In this document: piece after piece, positions 41,015 through 49,976 of the stretch
Numbering within the stretch: the first letter of the stretch is position 1
Layout: each line of letters starts with the position of its first letter
Source: an uncultured archaeon
GTDB taxonomy: Archaea; Altiarchaeota; Altiarchaeia; IMC4; SCGC-AAA252-I15
Direction: 5' to 3'
Length of the DNA stretch: 64,000 bases
Assembly (NCBI GenBank): GCA_902384455.1
Contig: CABMCB010000071.1
Coordinates: 1 to 64,000, forward strand
Notes under the pieces: generated by a model
Databases searched by the model: none
What the model was told of the DNA's origin: nothing
What the model saw: only the letters and a program-made list of their open reading frames with translations
Program-made: the position numbers and the translations under genes

Positions 41015-41758
41015 TCATCTTTCAGCGCTTTTCCACATCAACTTGAAGAATTCGCGGTAGGAGTCTGCTACTTCTTTGCTTACAATCTCCACCGCAAGCA
41101 ATCTCTCAGTGAAAAGGAACGTTATAACGCGGTCTGCGTAAGTGAGGACGTAGGAGTTGGTGGGTGTGGCCATGAATCTCGTTTCCATCAGCTTGAATTC
41201 CGGCGTTTTCTCAAGCACGTTTTTTCTGACGTCTTCGTTGAATATGATTTTGGCTTTAATCCCCCGTTTCTCTCTGAGGCGGTGGAATGACGTGAGCATA
41301 ATATTGAGTTCTTCGTTTACGGGGTCTCCGATTTGGCGGGCGCCGAAGACGAAGTACTCGTCGCCCTTCTTCAATGTCCTAAACAGCCTGTCGTACACTC
41401 CCTTATACCCCTTGTATCCCTCGTGGACTACTGCAGAAACCGGCTCCTTCGCAGACTTCACAAGAGGTTCAAGGCGCGGTATTAAGTCTTCAGCGAGCCT
41501 ACGCTTTTCTTCGGCGAAGGCGAGGAGCTGACCGGGCTCTGCCGCCTGAAACTGCTTGCGGTTCGCCTTAATGACGTGGGTTACTAGGCCTTTCTCCTGT
41601 AGGTTGTTTAGGGCGTAGTAGACGGCTGAGACTCGGATTTTGGTTTCCTTGATTATTTTGCCGCTTGTTGTTGGGCCGAGTTTGAGGAGTGCGAGGTATA
41701 TTTTGGTTTCGTTGGGCGTTAATCCGAACGCTTCGAGGTCGTCAGCTAAGGTCGTCAT
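41015..41758 (-). CDS. TrmB-family transcriptional regulator
   Basis: FGLTPNETKIYLALL, VYYALNNLQEKGLV, C-terminal SYREFFKLMW. Confidence 0.92.
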   Translation of the reverse strand: MTTLADDLEAFGLTPNETKIYLALLKLGPTTSGKIIKETKIRVSAVYYALNNLQEKGLVTHVIKANRKQFQAAEPGQLLAFAEEKRRLAEDLIPRLEPLVKSAKEPVSAVVHEGYKGYKGVYDRLFRTLKKGDEYFVFGARQIGDPVNEELNIMLTSFHRLREKRGIKAKIIFNEDVRKNVLEKTPEFKLMETRFMATPTNSYVLTYADRVITFLFTERLLAVEIVSKEVADSYREFFKLMWKSAER

Positions 41759-41763
41759 CTATG

Positions 41764-41787
41764 TTATTCTCCTAATTAGAAGAATAA
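41764..41787. promoter_or_regulatory. Palindromic candidate operator between the TrmB gene and the ABC operon
   Basis: TTATTCT-C-CTAATTAG-A-AGAATAA, a 24-bp inverted repeat with one mismatched pair. Confidence 0.55.
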
Positions 41788-41811
41788 AAACTTATAATGA
41801 ATAATTGAACA

Positions 41812-42858
41812 ATGTTTAACATGGAAAAATCAACCGCGTTAAAAAACAAATACCTCATAGCAGGAGCACTACTCATAGGAATAGCAATCATCCTGTCAAT
41901 TGCCGCAACCACAAACACGCCCCTAACCGGGCACTCAGTTGACGCACCCAAAGAGACGCCAAAAGAAACAACCCAAGTAACAGTCGCATACCTGCCTGTC
42001 GCCCAAGTCCTGCCTCTGTCGCTCGCAATAGAAAAAGGATACTTCACGAAAGCAGGAATAAACGTGACAGCAGTAAGATTCGAGTCGCCAAACCTTCTCA
42101 TGGACGCCATAGTAGCAGGCCGCGCCGACTTCGGAGCTCCGGGAACAGCGTCGGGAATAACCGGCATCGTGGAAAGCAAGAAGCCGGGTGAACTTAAGGT
42201 CTATGAGTTCATCGGCGGAGGAGACGACGTAATAAACGACCTACTTCTTGTCCGCAAAAACAGCACACTCCAATCAATAGCCGACCTAAAGGGGAAGAAT
42301 CTTGGGATACTGCCCGGAATACAATTCCGCACCATAGCCCGTCACATCCTCGCCCAAAACAACCTGACTGCCGACAAAGACGTAGCAATAACTGAAATCG
42401 CTCCTGGTTTGCAGGTTCAGGCGCTTGCGGCAGGGCAAGTGGATGCTTTGCTTACGATTGAACCCATGGGAACGGTCGCCAAGGAAAATGGAATAGGCAA
42501 AGACCTAATCCGCTCGCCGATGGTGACATACATATCCAACCCGTGGTACGGCGCAGTGGGAGTAGTTCGCACGCAATACGCACAGGAAAATCCAGAGACG
42601 ACTAAGAAATTCATTGAAGTGTTAGCCCATGCAACAGACGAAATAAACAGCAACCCCGAGTCATCAAAGCAGTACCTGAAAGGATACGTGTCGCTCTCCG
42701 ACCAGCTGATACAGAAAACGCCTCTTCCAGTCTACAAAATGTACACGGACTTCACCAAAAAAGACGTAGACAGCTACCAGCAATTCCTAGACATATTCAC
42801 AAAGTACGGAGTAATCAACGGCACAGTCAACGCAAACAACCTCATATACAACCCATGA
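41812..42858 (+). CDS. ABC transporter substrate-binding protein (SsuA/TauA/NMT1 family)
   Basis: AIEKGYF..AGINV, IADLKGK, ALAAGQVDA..EP. Confidence 0.9.
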   Translation: MFNMEKSTALKNKYLIAGALLIGIAIILSIAATTNTPLTGHSVDAPKETPKETTQVTVAYLPVAQVLPLSLAIEKGYFTKAGINVTAVRFESPNLLMDAIVAGRADFGAPGTASGITGIVESKKPGELKVYEFIGGGDDVINDLLLVRKNSTLQSIADLKGKNLGILPGIQFRTIARHILAQNNLTADKDVAITEIAPGLQVQALAAGQVDALLTIEPMGTVAKENGIGKDLIRSPMVTYISNPWYGAVGVVRTQYAQENPETTKKFIEVLAHATDEINSNPESSKQYLKGYVSLSDQLIQKTPLPVYKMYTDFTKKDVDSYQQFLDIFTKYGVINGTVNANNLIYNP

Positions 42859-43595
42859 CGCCCATAACCGCCGCCAAAATACGAAAGCAATACGGCGGAA
42901 AAACAATCATACAAGACGTAACATTCACGGCGAAAAAAGGAAAAACAACCGCAATATTCGGGCCAAACGGAAGCGGAAAAACAACCCTGCTGAACATAAT
43001 AGCCGGCCTAACCCGTCCGGACGGGGGGGCAGTTGACGCGTCCTACAGTCCTTTCACTTGTAGTTACATGTTCCAGAACTATAGGGAGTCATTGCTTCCT
43101 TGGCGCGACAACTGGGGCAACCTGTCTTATCCTCTTGAAATACAGGGGAAAGATAGGCGGGAAATTAGGGAGCGCGTTGAGGAAGCGGACGGGTTTTTCA
43201 GAAAAAGAGTCGACCTGAAGAAATACCCGTATGAACTGTCCGGGGGGCAGCAGCAGCTTCTTGCGTTCATGCGCACACTCATAACCAAGCCCACGTTGCT
43301 TTTGCTTGACGAGCCGTTTTCCGCCTTAGACTACGAAGTCAACCTTTGGCTGCGCGTGAAACTCCAAGAGTACCAGCAGAAGGCGGGCGCTACGATAATT
43401 GCGGTAACCCATGACGTAGACGAAGCAGTTCACATAGCAGACGAAATAATAGTGCTATCCAAAAACCCGACGCATGTGGCGGGAACAATCCGAAACAAAA
43501 TATCCCGCCCCAGAGACGCAATCACACTAACCTCACAAAAATTCATCAAGACAAGAAAGGACGTCCTTGAATTATTCGCGAGAGAAACACAATGA
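42855..43595 (+). CDS. ABC transporter ATP-binding protein (SsuB/TauB-like)
   Basis: GPNGSGKTT, YPYELSGGQQQ, LDEPFSALD, VTHD. Confidence 0.93.
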   Translation: MTPITAAKIRKQYGGKTIIQDVTFTAKKGKTTAIFGPNGSGKTTLLNIIAGLTRPDGGAVDASYSPFTCSYMFQNYRESLLPWRDNWGNLSYPLEIQGKDRREIRERVEEADGFFRKRVDLKKYPYELSGGQQQLLAFMRTLITKPTLLLLDEPFSALDYEVNLWLRVKLQEYQQKAGATIIAVTHDVDEAVHIADEIIVLSKNPTHVAGTIRNKISRPRDAITLTSQKFIKTRKDVLELFARETQ

Positions 43596-44332
43596 AACAA
43601 ATCATAGGGGGCGTCCTCATAATCCTAATTGCGTGGTCGCTCACAAGCCACTACAGACTAATAGACCCCTTTTTCCTACCTCCTCCAACTGAAACAATAA
43701 AAGAACTAATCAACCTGGCAACATCAGGAACAATAATGCCAGACGTAGCATCCACGCTCACAAAAACCCTGACGGCATTCCTAATCGCCGCGTTAGTAGG
43801 CATACCCGCCGGCCTACTAATTGGCAATTGCGAACGCATATACCGCACCCTAGACTTCCCAATAGACTTCTTCAGGTCAACGCCACCCACAGCACTATTC
43901 CCCCTATTCCTACTTGCCTTCGGAATAAGCGACGCACCCAAAATAGCGGCCGCAGCCTTCGGCGGGTTGCTGATAATAACATTCAACACCGCCTACGGCG
44001 TAATCAACGCAAACAAAGCGAGGATAAAGGCGGCCAAGCTCATGGGCGCTTCAGGCATCAAAATTTTCACTTCGATACTTTTGTGGGAAACGCTCCCGCA
44101 AACTATAGTGGGATTGAGGAGCGCAATAAGCCTGTCTCTCATAGTCATCATTGTCACTGAAATGTTCATAGGAACACAACACGGATTAGGGCGCCGGATA
44201 ATAGACAGCCAAATAACATACAATACGGCGGCGCTTTACGCAACAATACTTGCGACTGGAATACTGGGGTACCTGCTGAATCAAATATTGCGCCAAGTCG
44301 AAAGGAGATTCGCGTATTGGACGGTGAAATAA
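43592..44332 (+). CDS. ABC transporter permease (SsuC/TauC-like)
   Basis: FLPPP, DFFRSTPP.ALFP, AAKLMGAS, TEMF..GLG. Confidence 0.92.
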   Translation: MKQIIGGVLIILIAWSLTSHYRLIDPFFLPPPTETIKELINLATSGTIMPDVASTLTKTLTAFLIAALVGIPAGLLIGNCERIYRTLDFPIDFFRSTPPTALFPLFLLAFGISDAPKIAAAAFGGLLIITFNTAYGVINANKARIKAAKLMGASGIKIFTSILLWETLPQTIVGLRSAISLSLIVIIVTEMFIGTQHGLGRRIIDSQITYNTAALYATILATGILGYLLNQILRQVERRFAYWTVK

Positions 44333-44337
44333 AATAC

Positions 44338-45210
44338 TCAGGCGAATTGAATCGGTACGTCAATGAGATTCCATCCAGTGTAAAGTGTCTTAAAGTATTC
44401 GCTTCCGCTGCTGCTGTTGCACGCAAAAGTGCATCCGGTTGATTCTCCGGTGTCGGTCCAAGTTGAAACTAAGTCGCATCTGTTGTTGTCGCCTGTGTTG
44501 CTGTCGTCGTCTGATATGTCAAGCCAGGTGAACGACGCCCTGTTGTTGTAGCAGAACCTGTTGTCGTTTAAGGTGTTTCCGGCAGACGCGGCGTTGCTGA
44601 ACGCCATCCCATGATACATGTTGTAGTTGGCTCTGTTCCTCGAAACCGAGTTGCCTACCGACTGCCCCCCCAGCAGAGAATAAATGAATATCCCATAGTT
44701 ATTGTAGTCCGCAGTGTTGTTTATCAACTGATTGTACGACGAATCCCTCAAGTAAATCCCGTAGTTGGTGTTATTGTCGAATCTGCAGTTGATCACCGAA
44801 GAATTCTCAACCCCCAAAAAACCCACTCCATAAAAAAACCCATGAACAACGCAATTCATAATAGTCACATTGTTAGCCGCAATAACCATTATCCCGTAAT
44901 TTGGGCCACCGTTCAAAACGTTATTCTGGCAATCAAAAAACAAATTACTGAAACCAAACGGCCAGCTTATGCACGTGCCAGAATAGTTGTTAACCGGCAC
45001 AGTACCAGCGTACCTGACGCCCCTCCCGCAGGGGCCAGTATCCCCCAAGGCCATGGAACAGTCCACACAAGCGTCAGTTGCGTTTCCCCCAAGCGTAGTC
45101 AAACCGTTTCCGCATATGCAGACGCCCGACCCCGCAGAAGAATACGCTCCCACAAAGCCGGAAGCTGAAATGAGCAGAAGCAAAGCCGAAAAAATAACCC
45201 AACCTTTCAT
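44338..45210 (-). CDS. Secreted right-handed beta-helix (NosD-like) protein with C-terminal GWNL tag
   Basis: Signal peptide, repeated GIYL..S.N...NN units, ends YFKTLYTGWNLIDVPIQFA. Confidence 0.85.
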   Translation of the reverse strand: MKGWVIFSALLLLISASGFVGAYSSAGSGVCICGNGLTTLGGNATDACVDCSMALGDTGPCGRGVRYAGTVPVNNYSGTCISWPFGFSNLFFDCQNNVLNGGPNYGIMVIAANNVTIMNCVVHGFFYGVGFLGVENSSVINCRFDNNTNYGIYLRDSSYNQLINNTADYNNYGIFIYSLLGGQSVGNSVSRNRANYNMYHGMAFSNAASAGNTLNDNRFCYNNRASFTWLDISDDDSNTGDNNRCDLVSTWTDTGESTGCTFACNSSSGSEYFKTLYTGWNLIDVPIQFA

Positions 45211-45270
45211 AAACTCCCCCGAAAATACTTAAGAGTGCAAATAAAAATGCAGCAACAAACCCGTTCCCGC

Positions 45271-46263
45271 ATGAAAACATATCTTGTGCCCGCAGTAATC
45301 GCATTAACTCTTCTTTCCGCAGGATGCCAAAATGCCACACAAACGCCAGATAACAACGAAACTATCCCCTACGCAATTCTCTCGACTCAACCGTACAACA
45401 ACAGCCTATGCGGAGGAACAGGATTCCACTACGAAGAGGGCGGAGTAAAAACTGGGTTAAGGCTTATCATTAAAGACGCAGAAACCCAAGAAAACTTCAC
45501 TGGGCGGGCGAAAGTAACTTTATCGGACTCGTCCCAAGGAAGCATCTTCGCGGGAGAATCCTACTCATGCGACGAAGGGTTGCGTCCCCAAAGTGAAGTG
45601 CTGTCAGTATACGCGCAAGGTTACTCTCCTGCAGTATTTGCGTTCCCAATTACTGAAAACCAGCTTGCGGACGTGGAAGTGAGCCTGCAAAAAAGCTGCA
45701 CGCAAGGACTAACTTGCCTTAAGGACACGGAAGAAAGCATGCGTCTTGAACTCGCAGGGAACAAAACTGAAGCCCAAATAGCACGCGAAAACACAAAGCA
45801 ATACTTCGAAAACATCCTGCTGGAAAACTTCGGCATAAACCCCGCGGAAATCCAACTTACCTGCGCGGAATGCGACATGGGACGCGGAGGATACATCAAA
45901 GCAGCAGGCACAATCGGAAACGCCACATTCACCCTATACCGCAGAACCGGCTGGTGCAGAACAGGAGGAGGAGACTGCGGAAACACAATCTGCCTGACCA
46001 CCAACTCAGACGAACTAATACAAAAAGCAGAAAACAAAATCTGCCCCAACATATACTCCCTAAACCAAACCGAAGTCAACACTGAAGAAGGCGTATACAC
46101 AGTAGTACCAGTATCAGACACGACAAACCAGACCCGCGTAAACTGCCTCACAGGAGCATACACAACAACAAACGGCGACACAAAAACACTCGCACTAATC
46201 CAAGAAGCCAACAGATACAACAGCGCCGTAAAACCCCTAACAGCAAACTGCATAGAACAATGA
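45271..46263 (+). CDS. Putative Cys-rich lipoprotein
   Basis: MKTYLVPAVIALTLLSAGC lipobox; start could instead be 45247. Confidence 0.75.
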   Translation: MKTYLVPAVIALTLLSAGCQNATQTPDNNETIPYAILSTQPYNNSLCGGTGFHYEEGGVKTGLRLIIKDAETQENFTGRAKVTLSDSSQGSIFAGESYSCDEGLRPQSEVLSVYAQGYSPAVFAFPITENQLADVEVSLQKSCTQGLTCLKDTEESMRLELAGNKTEAQIARENTKQYFENILLENFGINPAEIQLTCAECDMGRGGYIKAAGTIGNATFTLYRRTGWCRTGGGDCGNTICLTTNSDELIQKAENKICPNIYSLNQTEVNTEEGVYTVVPVSDTTNQTRVNCLTGAYTTTNGDTKTLALIQEANRYNSAVKPLTANCIEQ

Positions 46264-46700
46264 TAAAAATAATAGCCGTAGGCCGACTCAAAGAACCCCA
46301 CTACCAACAGGCGGAGGCCGAATACTATAAGCGGCTTAGGAAGATTGAAGTTTTGGAAATCAAAGAATCTTCAGACAAAAACCCGGAAGTCGCCATAAAA
46401 AAGGAGGCCCGGGAAATCCAAAGTAAAATAAGCGCATCAAGCGACCAGCAAATTATTGCCCTCGAAGCAAGCGGAAAACAAGTGTCTTCCGAAGAATTCG
46501 CCAAACTAATCGCGAAAAAACAAGACACCACCTTCCTAATAGGCGGACCATACGGCCACACACAAGACACGCTCAAAAAAGCCGACTACGTCTTAAGCTT
46601 ATCTCAAATGACTTTTCCTCACCAACTGGCTAGAGTAATCCTCGCAGAGCAAATATACCGGGCACACACAATACAGGCGGGAAAAGAATACCACAAGTAA
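46260..46700 (+). CDS. rlmH: 23S rRNA (pseudouridine1915-N3)-methyltransferase
   Basis: IIAVGRLKE, EYYKRL, FLIGGPYG, LSLSQMTFPHQLARVILAEQIYRA, YHK. Confidence 0.95.
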   Translation: MIKIIAVGRLKEPHYQQAEAEYYKRLRKIEVLEIKESSDKNPEVAIKKEAREIQSKISASSDQQIIALEASGKQVSSEEFAKLIAKKQDTTFLIGGPYGHTQDTLKKADYVLSLSQMTFPHQLARVILAEQIYRAHTIQAGKEYHK

Positions 46701-46720
46701 AACCGAGCTAGTGCCTACAC

Positions 46721-48025
46721 CTAGATTACCTGCGGAATCGAAATCAAATTCCAGTCGGAGAACATCGGCATCCAGAAGTTTCCTATAGTGGTAGTCGTTG
46801 TCGTCGTAGTGGTTGTGGTTGTTGTCGTCGTTGTGGTAGTCGTTGTTGTCGTCTCGGATTCAAGTGTTCCTAAAGCATAAACCCTTCCTAGTCCGCTCGA
46901 AACAAAATACAGTACTCCATTCGCGACGGCTGGGGAGGTGGCTATGCCGTCGTATGCGTCGTAATTCCATATTAAACTCCCTGTAGATGCATTCAGCGCG
47001 TAAAGAATGTTATCTCCGGAACCTACATAAACCACGTCGTTAGAAATCGCCGGGGAGGTGGAGACGCTGTTTCCTGTCGTATAATTCCATACCAGCGCTC
47101 CCGTAGACGCATTCAAAGAATATACGTTGTAGTCCCACGCGCCAAAATACACTTTCCCGTATGCGGCTGCAGGCGAAGAATACAGGCATTGAGCGTCAAT
47201 CTTGTAACTCCACAATACCGCACCATTAGATGCGTTTAACGCATAGAAATTACTGTCATTTGACATCCACACGCAGACATACACCCTACCGTACGCGACA
47301 GCAGGGGAAGACTCGACCACGGCATTAAGCACCAAAGAATTCCAAATTTTCACCCCCGTAGACGCATTCAAGGCATACACCATACCATCCCACGAACCAA
47401 TATACACCACTCCACCCACAACAGCAGGAGAAGAGTCCACATAATGGCCAGTAGTGTAATTCCACACATGCTTTCCCGTCGAAGCATTCAAAGCATAGAC
47501 CCTACGATTGTTCGAACCGAAATACACAATCCCGCCAGCGACAGCAGGCGAAGAATCTATTCCCCCATCAACAGTGTAATAATCCCCCGTAGAATAATTC
47601 CAAACCAACCCCCCAGTCGAAGCATTCAAAGCATAAAACTCGTTATCCCGCGTACCAACGTACACAATCCCGCCAGCGACAGCAGGCGAAGACATTATGG
47701 TATCAACAAACACAGTCGAAAAATTCCACAAATACTCCCCAGTAGACGCATTAAACGCATAAACCCCGCTCCCATAATCCGGCTCCCAAGGAAAAGCCTC
47801 ATAAATACCCGCATACACCACGCCGCCCGCAACCGCAGGACTAGACGACCGACCCGCCATACTCAAATCAGTCGTATAATTCCAAAACGAAACATTACTC
47901 AAAGGACCCACACTCCCCGTAAAACCAGTATGATTCAAGTCACAACGAAACATCGGCCAATCCTCCGCCGAAACAAAACCGACCAAAGAAAACAAAACAA
48001 GAAATACGGCAAATCTCCCGTCCAT
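46721..48025 (-). CDS. Secreted PQQ-like (BamB-type) beta-propeller protein with Thr linker and C-terminal WNLISIP tag
   Basis: DWPMFR..HTG, repeated SSPAV..G.VY.GS...YALNASTG..WNY blades, poly-Thr, ends FWMPMFSDWNLISIPQVI. Confidence 0.9.
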   Translation of the reverse strand: MDGRFAVFLVLFSLVGFVSAEDWPMFRCDLNHTGFTGSVGPLSNVSFWNYTTDLSMAGRSSSPAVAGGVVYAGIYEAFPWEPDYGSGVYAFNASTGEYLWNFSTVFVDTIMSSPAVAGGIVYVGTRDNEFYALNASTGGLVWNYSTGDYYTVDGGIDSSPAVAGGIVYFGSNNRRVYALNASTGKHVWNYTTGHYVDSSPAVVGGVVYIGSWDGMVYALNASTGVKIWNSLVLNAVVESSPAVAYGRVYVCVWMSNDSNFYALNASNGAVLWSYKIDAQCLYSSPAAAYGKVYFGAWDYNVYSLNASTGALVWNYTTGNSVSTSPAISNDVVYVGSGDNILYALNASTGSLIWNYDAYDGIATSPAVANGVLYFVSSGLGRVYALGTLESETTTTTTTTTTTTTTTTTTTTTTIGNFWMPMFSDWNLISIPQVI

Positions 48026-48106
48026 ACCAAACAACCATTAAACCAACCAACAAATAAACCCCCCAAAATCAAACTCTTATCTCAGCAACGCGTATTCTCC
48101 TACCAC

Positions 48107-49042
48107 ATGCTTAAGGAAAACGACGCACAACAAGGAAATCAAACGCCCTTCCCAACAGTATACGCCATAGACTACCCTTGGAAGACCCCCGCCTTACTTA
48201 AACTCCCGGAAACCGAATTGAACGCCTGGTTCGATAACATGGAAGCAGGCAGAGACCTGTCCGTAAACGACATCCGACTAAAATACATCGCAGGAAGAAC
48301 AGTCCACTTATTCCGCATGACCCCGCAAACCCTCTACCTGCCAGACGGAACAAAAAGACGCCTCCCCTACACCCCAGACACCCAACAGCCCATGCTAGAC
48401 CCGCAAGACGAAATCATAAGCGTACTGCAAGCACACGTAAAAAACGGAGACATACCCGTACTAGAACTAGGAACACCCCGGCAACACATAGAAAACATGG
48501 TCAGACGACAATTCACGCTAATGGAAACATTCGGAGTAGAACGGCACGGAAGCTTCGAAGACGTACTCGGAACACTACACCACAGACAATACGACACCAA
48601 AGTAGACGTAGTAGTATCATTCGACCAATGCATAAAAGACCCGGAAGGAAACCTATACCCAAAACTATTCATGGAAGTAAACGCATACGGCGCACCAAAC
48701 AACCAACAATACATAAACTACCACACCCACGCCGGCGTAAACAACACATACCCCTCCGCAGGAGACGTACTATGGATGGAATCCCAAAAAAGAACCTCAA
48801 TAACAATAGGCACACTAGAAAACCCAGAAACATACCGAATAACCGAATGGAAACTCAAAAAAGGCCTACAAACATTAATGCCCCAAATCACAACACCCGG
48901 CCAAAGAACAGAAAACCCCTACGGCTGGTACCAAGGAGACCAACTACGCGAAATCATAGACCAAACATTCGACAGACGCGACTACCTACTAACCAGAAAA
49001 AACGGCCACACAACAATAACAGAAACAAACCCCACAAACTAG
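48107..49042 (+). CDS. Hypothetical protein with JAB/MPN (JAMM) motif
   Basis: YHTHAGVNNTYPSAGD matches HxH-x7-S-x2-D; ATG at 48107 (the longer ORF overlaps the PQQ gene). Confidence 0.65.
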   Translation: MLKENDAQQGNQTPFPTVYAIDYPWKTPALLKLPETELNAWFDNMEAGRDLSVNDIRLKYIAGRTVHLFRMTPQTLYLPDGTKRRLPYTPDTQQPMLDPQDEIISVLQAHVKNGDIPVLELGTPRQHIENMVRRQFTLMETFGVERHGSFEDVLGTLHHRQYDTKVDVVVSFDQCIKDPEGNLYPKLFMEVNAYGAPNNQQYINYHTHAGVNNTYPSAGDVLWMESQKRTSITIGTLENPETYRITEWKLKKGLQTLMPQITTPGQRTENPYGWYQGDQLREIIDQTFDRRDYLLTRKNGHTTITETNPTN

Positions 49043-49056
49043 AAAAATAGAAAAGG

Positions 49057-49072
49057 TGGGGCCGGGGGGATT
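49057..49072 (-). repeat. Duplicate of the tRNA-Trp 3' end (att-like)
   Basis: TGGGGCCGGGGGGATT identical to 49679-49694. Confidence 0.8.
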
Positions 49073-49160
49073 AACACCAACCTTTTTCTTTTTGCGAAAA
49101 AGAAAACGCTGACGAAAAAAATATCTGTCCCTTATATTCAGTACTTCTACAATACCTATC

Positions 49161-49673
49161 ATGGAAAAAATATTCTCCTTTTTACCTATTGCTTTTGCTC
49201 TTATCGCCATTAGCTGTATAATGGTATACTCTCCTCTTTCAAAGGATAAGCAACAAGAATTGGACGGAAAAGTATTTTCTGCTATGCTTGTTATGATAAC
49301 CGTTCTATCTGCTTTTTTCATTCTATTCTTACAAAAAAGAGAGGAAATATCAAAAGTAGTCTCAAGCTTTGACGAAAAAAAGAAAGAGACTATAGAACAT
49401 TTTTTTGAAACAGTACAACCAGAACATCGCTTAGGCTCCAAAGCATATAGTGATTTAGCCGATTCTCTTACCGAGATAGAATACCTCCAAGGAAAGTGTA
49501 TGTTACTCCAACAAACAACTTATCCTATCCTTATACTCCTCATGAGCCTAATCCTCACCATTTTCTTTTCACAATTTCAACTGCTTTCAATATTGGCCCT
49601 AATCTATTCCATCCATCAAATGTTTTTGATCTTAGTTATTATCGTTTCTCAAAAACTTTTTATTCATAAATAA
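49161..49673 (+). CDS. AT-rich hypothetical membrane protein (about 4 TM), likely acquired
   Basis: 170-aa ORF, visibly lower GC than its neighbours, lying between tRNA-Trp and its 3' duplicate. Confidence 0.7.
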   Translation: MEKIFSFLPIAFALIAISCIMVYSPLSKDKQQELDGKVFSAMLVMITVLSAFFILFLQKREEISKVVSSFDEKKKETIEHFFETVQPEHRLGSKAYSDLADSLTEIEYLQGKCMLLQQTTYPILILLMSLILTIFFSQFQLLSILALIYSIHQMFLILVIIVSQKLFIHK

Positions 49674-49678
49674 ATGTT

Positions 49679-49906
49679 TGGGGCCGGGGGGATTTGAACC
49701 CCCGTCAGCAGGTCACTTCGGCTTTTTGGTTGGTTTCCTTTTTGAAGGCATTGAATACTTGTGGTATTCTTCCTCTGACCCTGTTTTTCGTCATCAAACC
49801 CAATGTTGGGTTCTCAGCGCTCCAAACATATTTGGCTTCCGGCCGAATTGTTTCGGTCGTTTTTGCCGCTGGAGCCCGCCAGGATGCCAGGTTACCCCAC
49901 AGCCCC
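49679..49906 (-). tRNA. tRNA-Trp(CCA) with 155-nt intron (49714-49868) at position 37/38
   Basis: Acceptor GGGGCTG/CGGCCCC, anticodon arm GCGGG-CTCCAG|A-CCTGC, T-arm GGGGG-TTCAAAT-CCCCC. Confidence 0.93.
49714..49868 (-). ncRNA. Intron-encoded box C/D guide RNA (predicted Cm34 of tRNA-Trp)
   Basis: TTTGGAGC-G-CTGA guide and D' box complementary to the spliced anticodon loop, followed by a stem-loop and TGATGA. Confidence 0.75.
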
Positions 49907-49976
49907 ATTTGGGAACGTTTATTATGGGCGTTTTCACTATATAACGTTTGTTTTAGGTTTTTGTGGGGGTGATTTG

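Noticed and set aside
47444-48106. 5' extension of the 532-aa ORF
   Set aside because: Antisense to the PQQ propeller gene; a plausible ATG lies at 48107.
49869-49873. UGA recoding through an edited tRNA-Trp anticodon, suggested by the C34-A mismatch
   Set aside because: The intron guide pairs G with C34, and TGA terminates conserved genes here (e.g. sepF, pstC, nadB).
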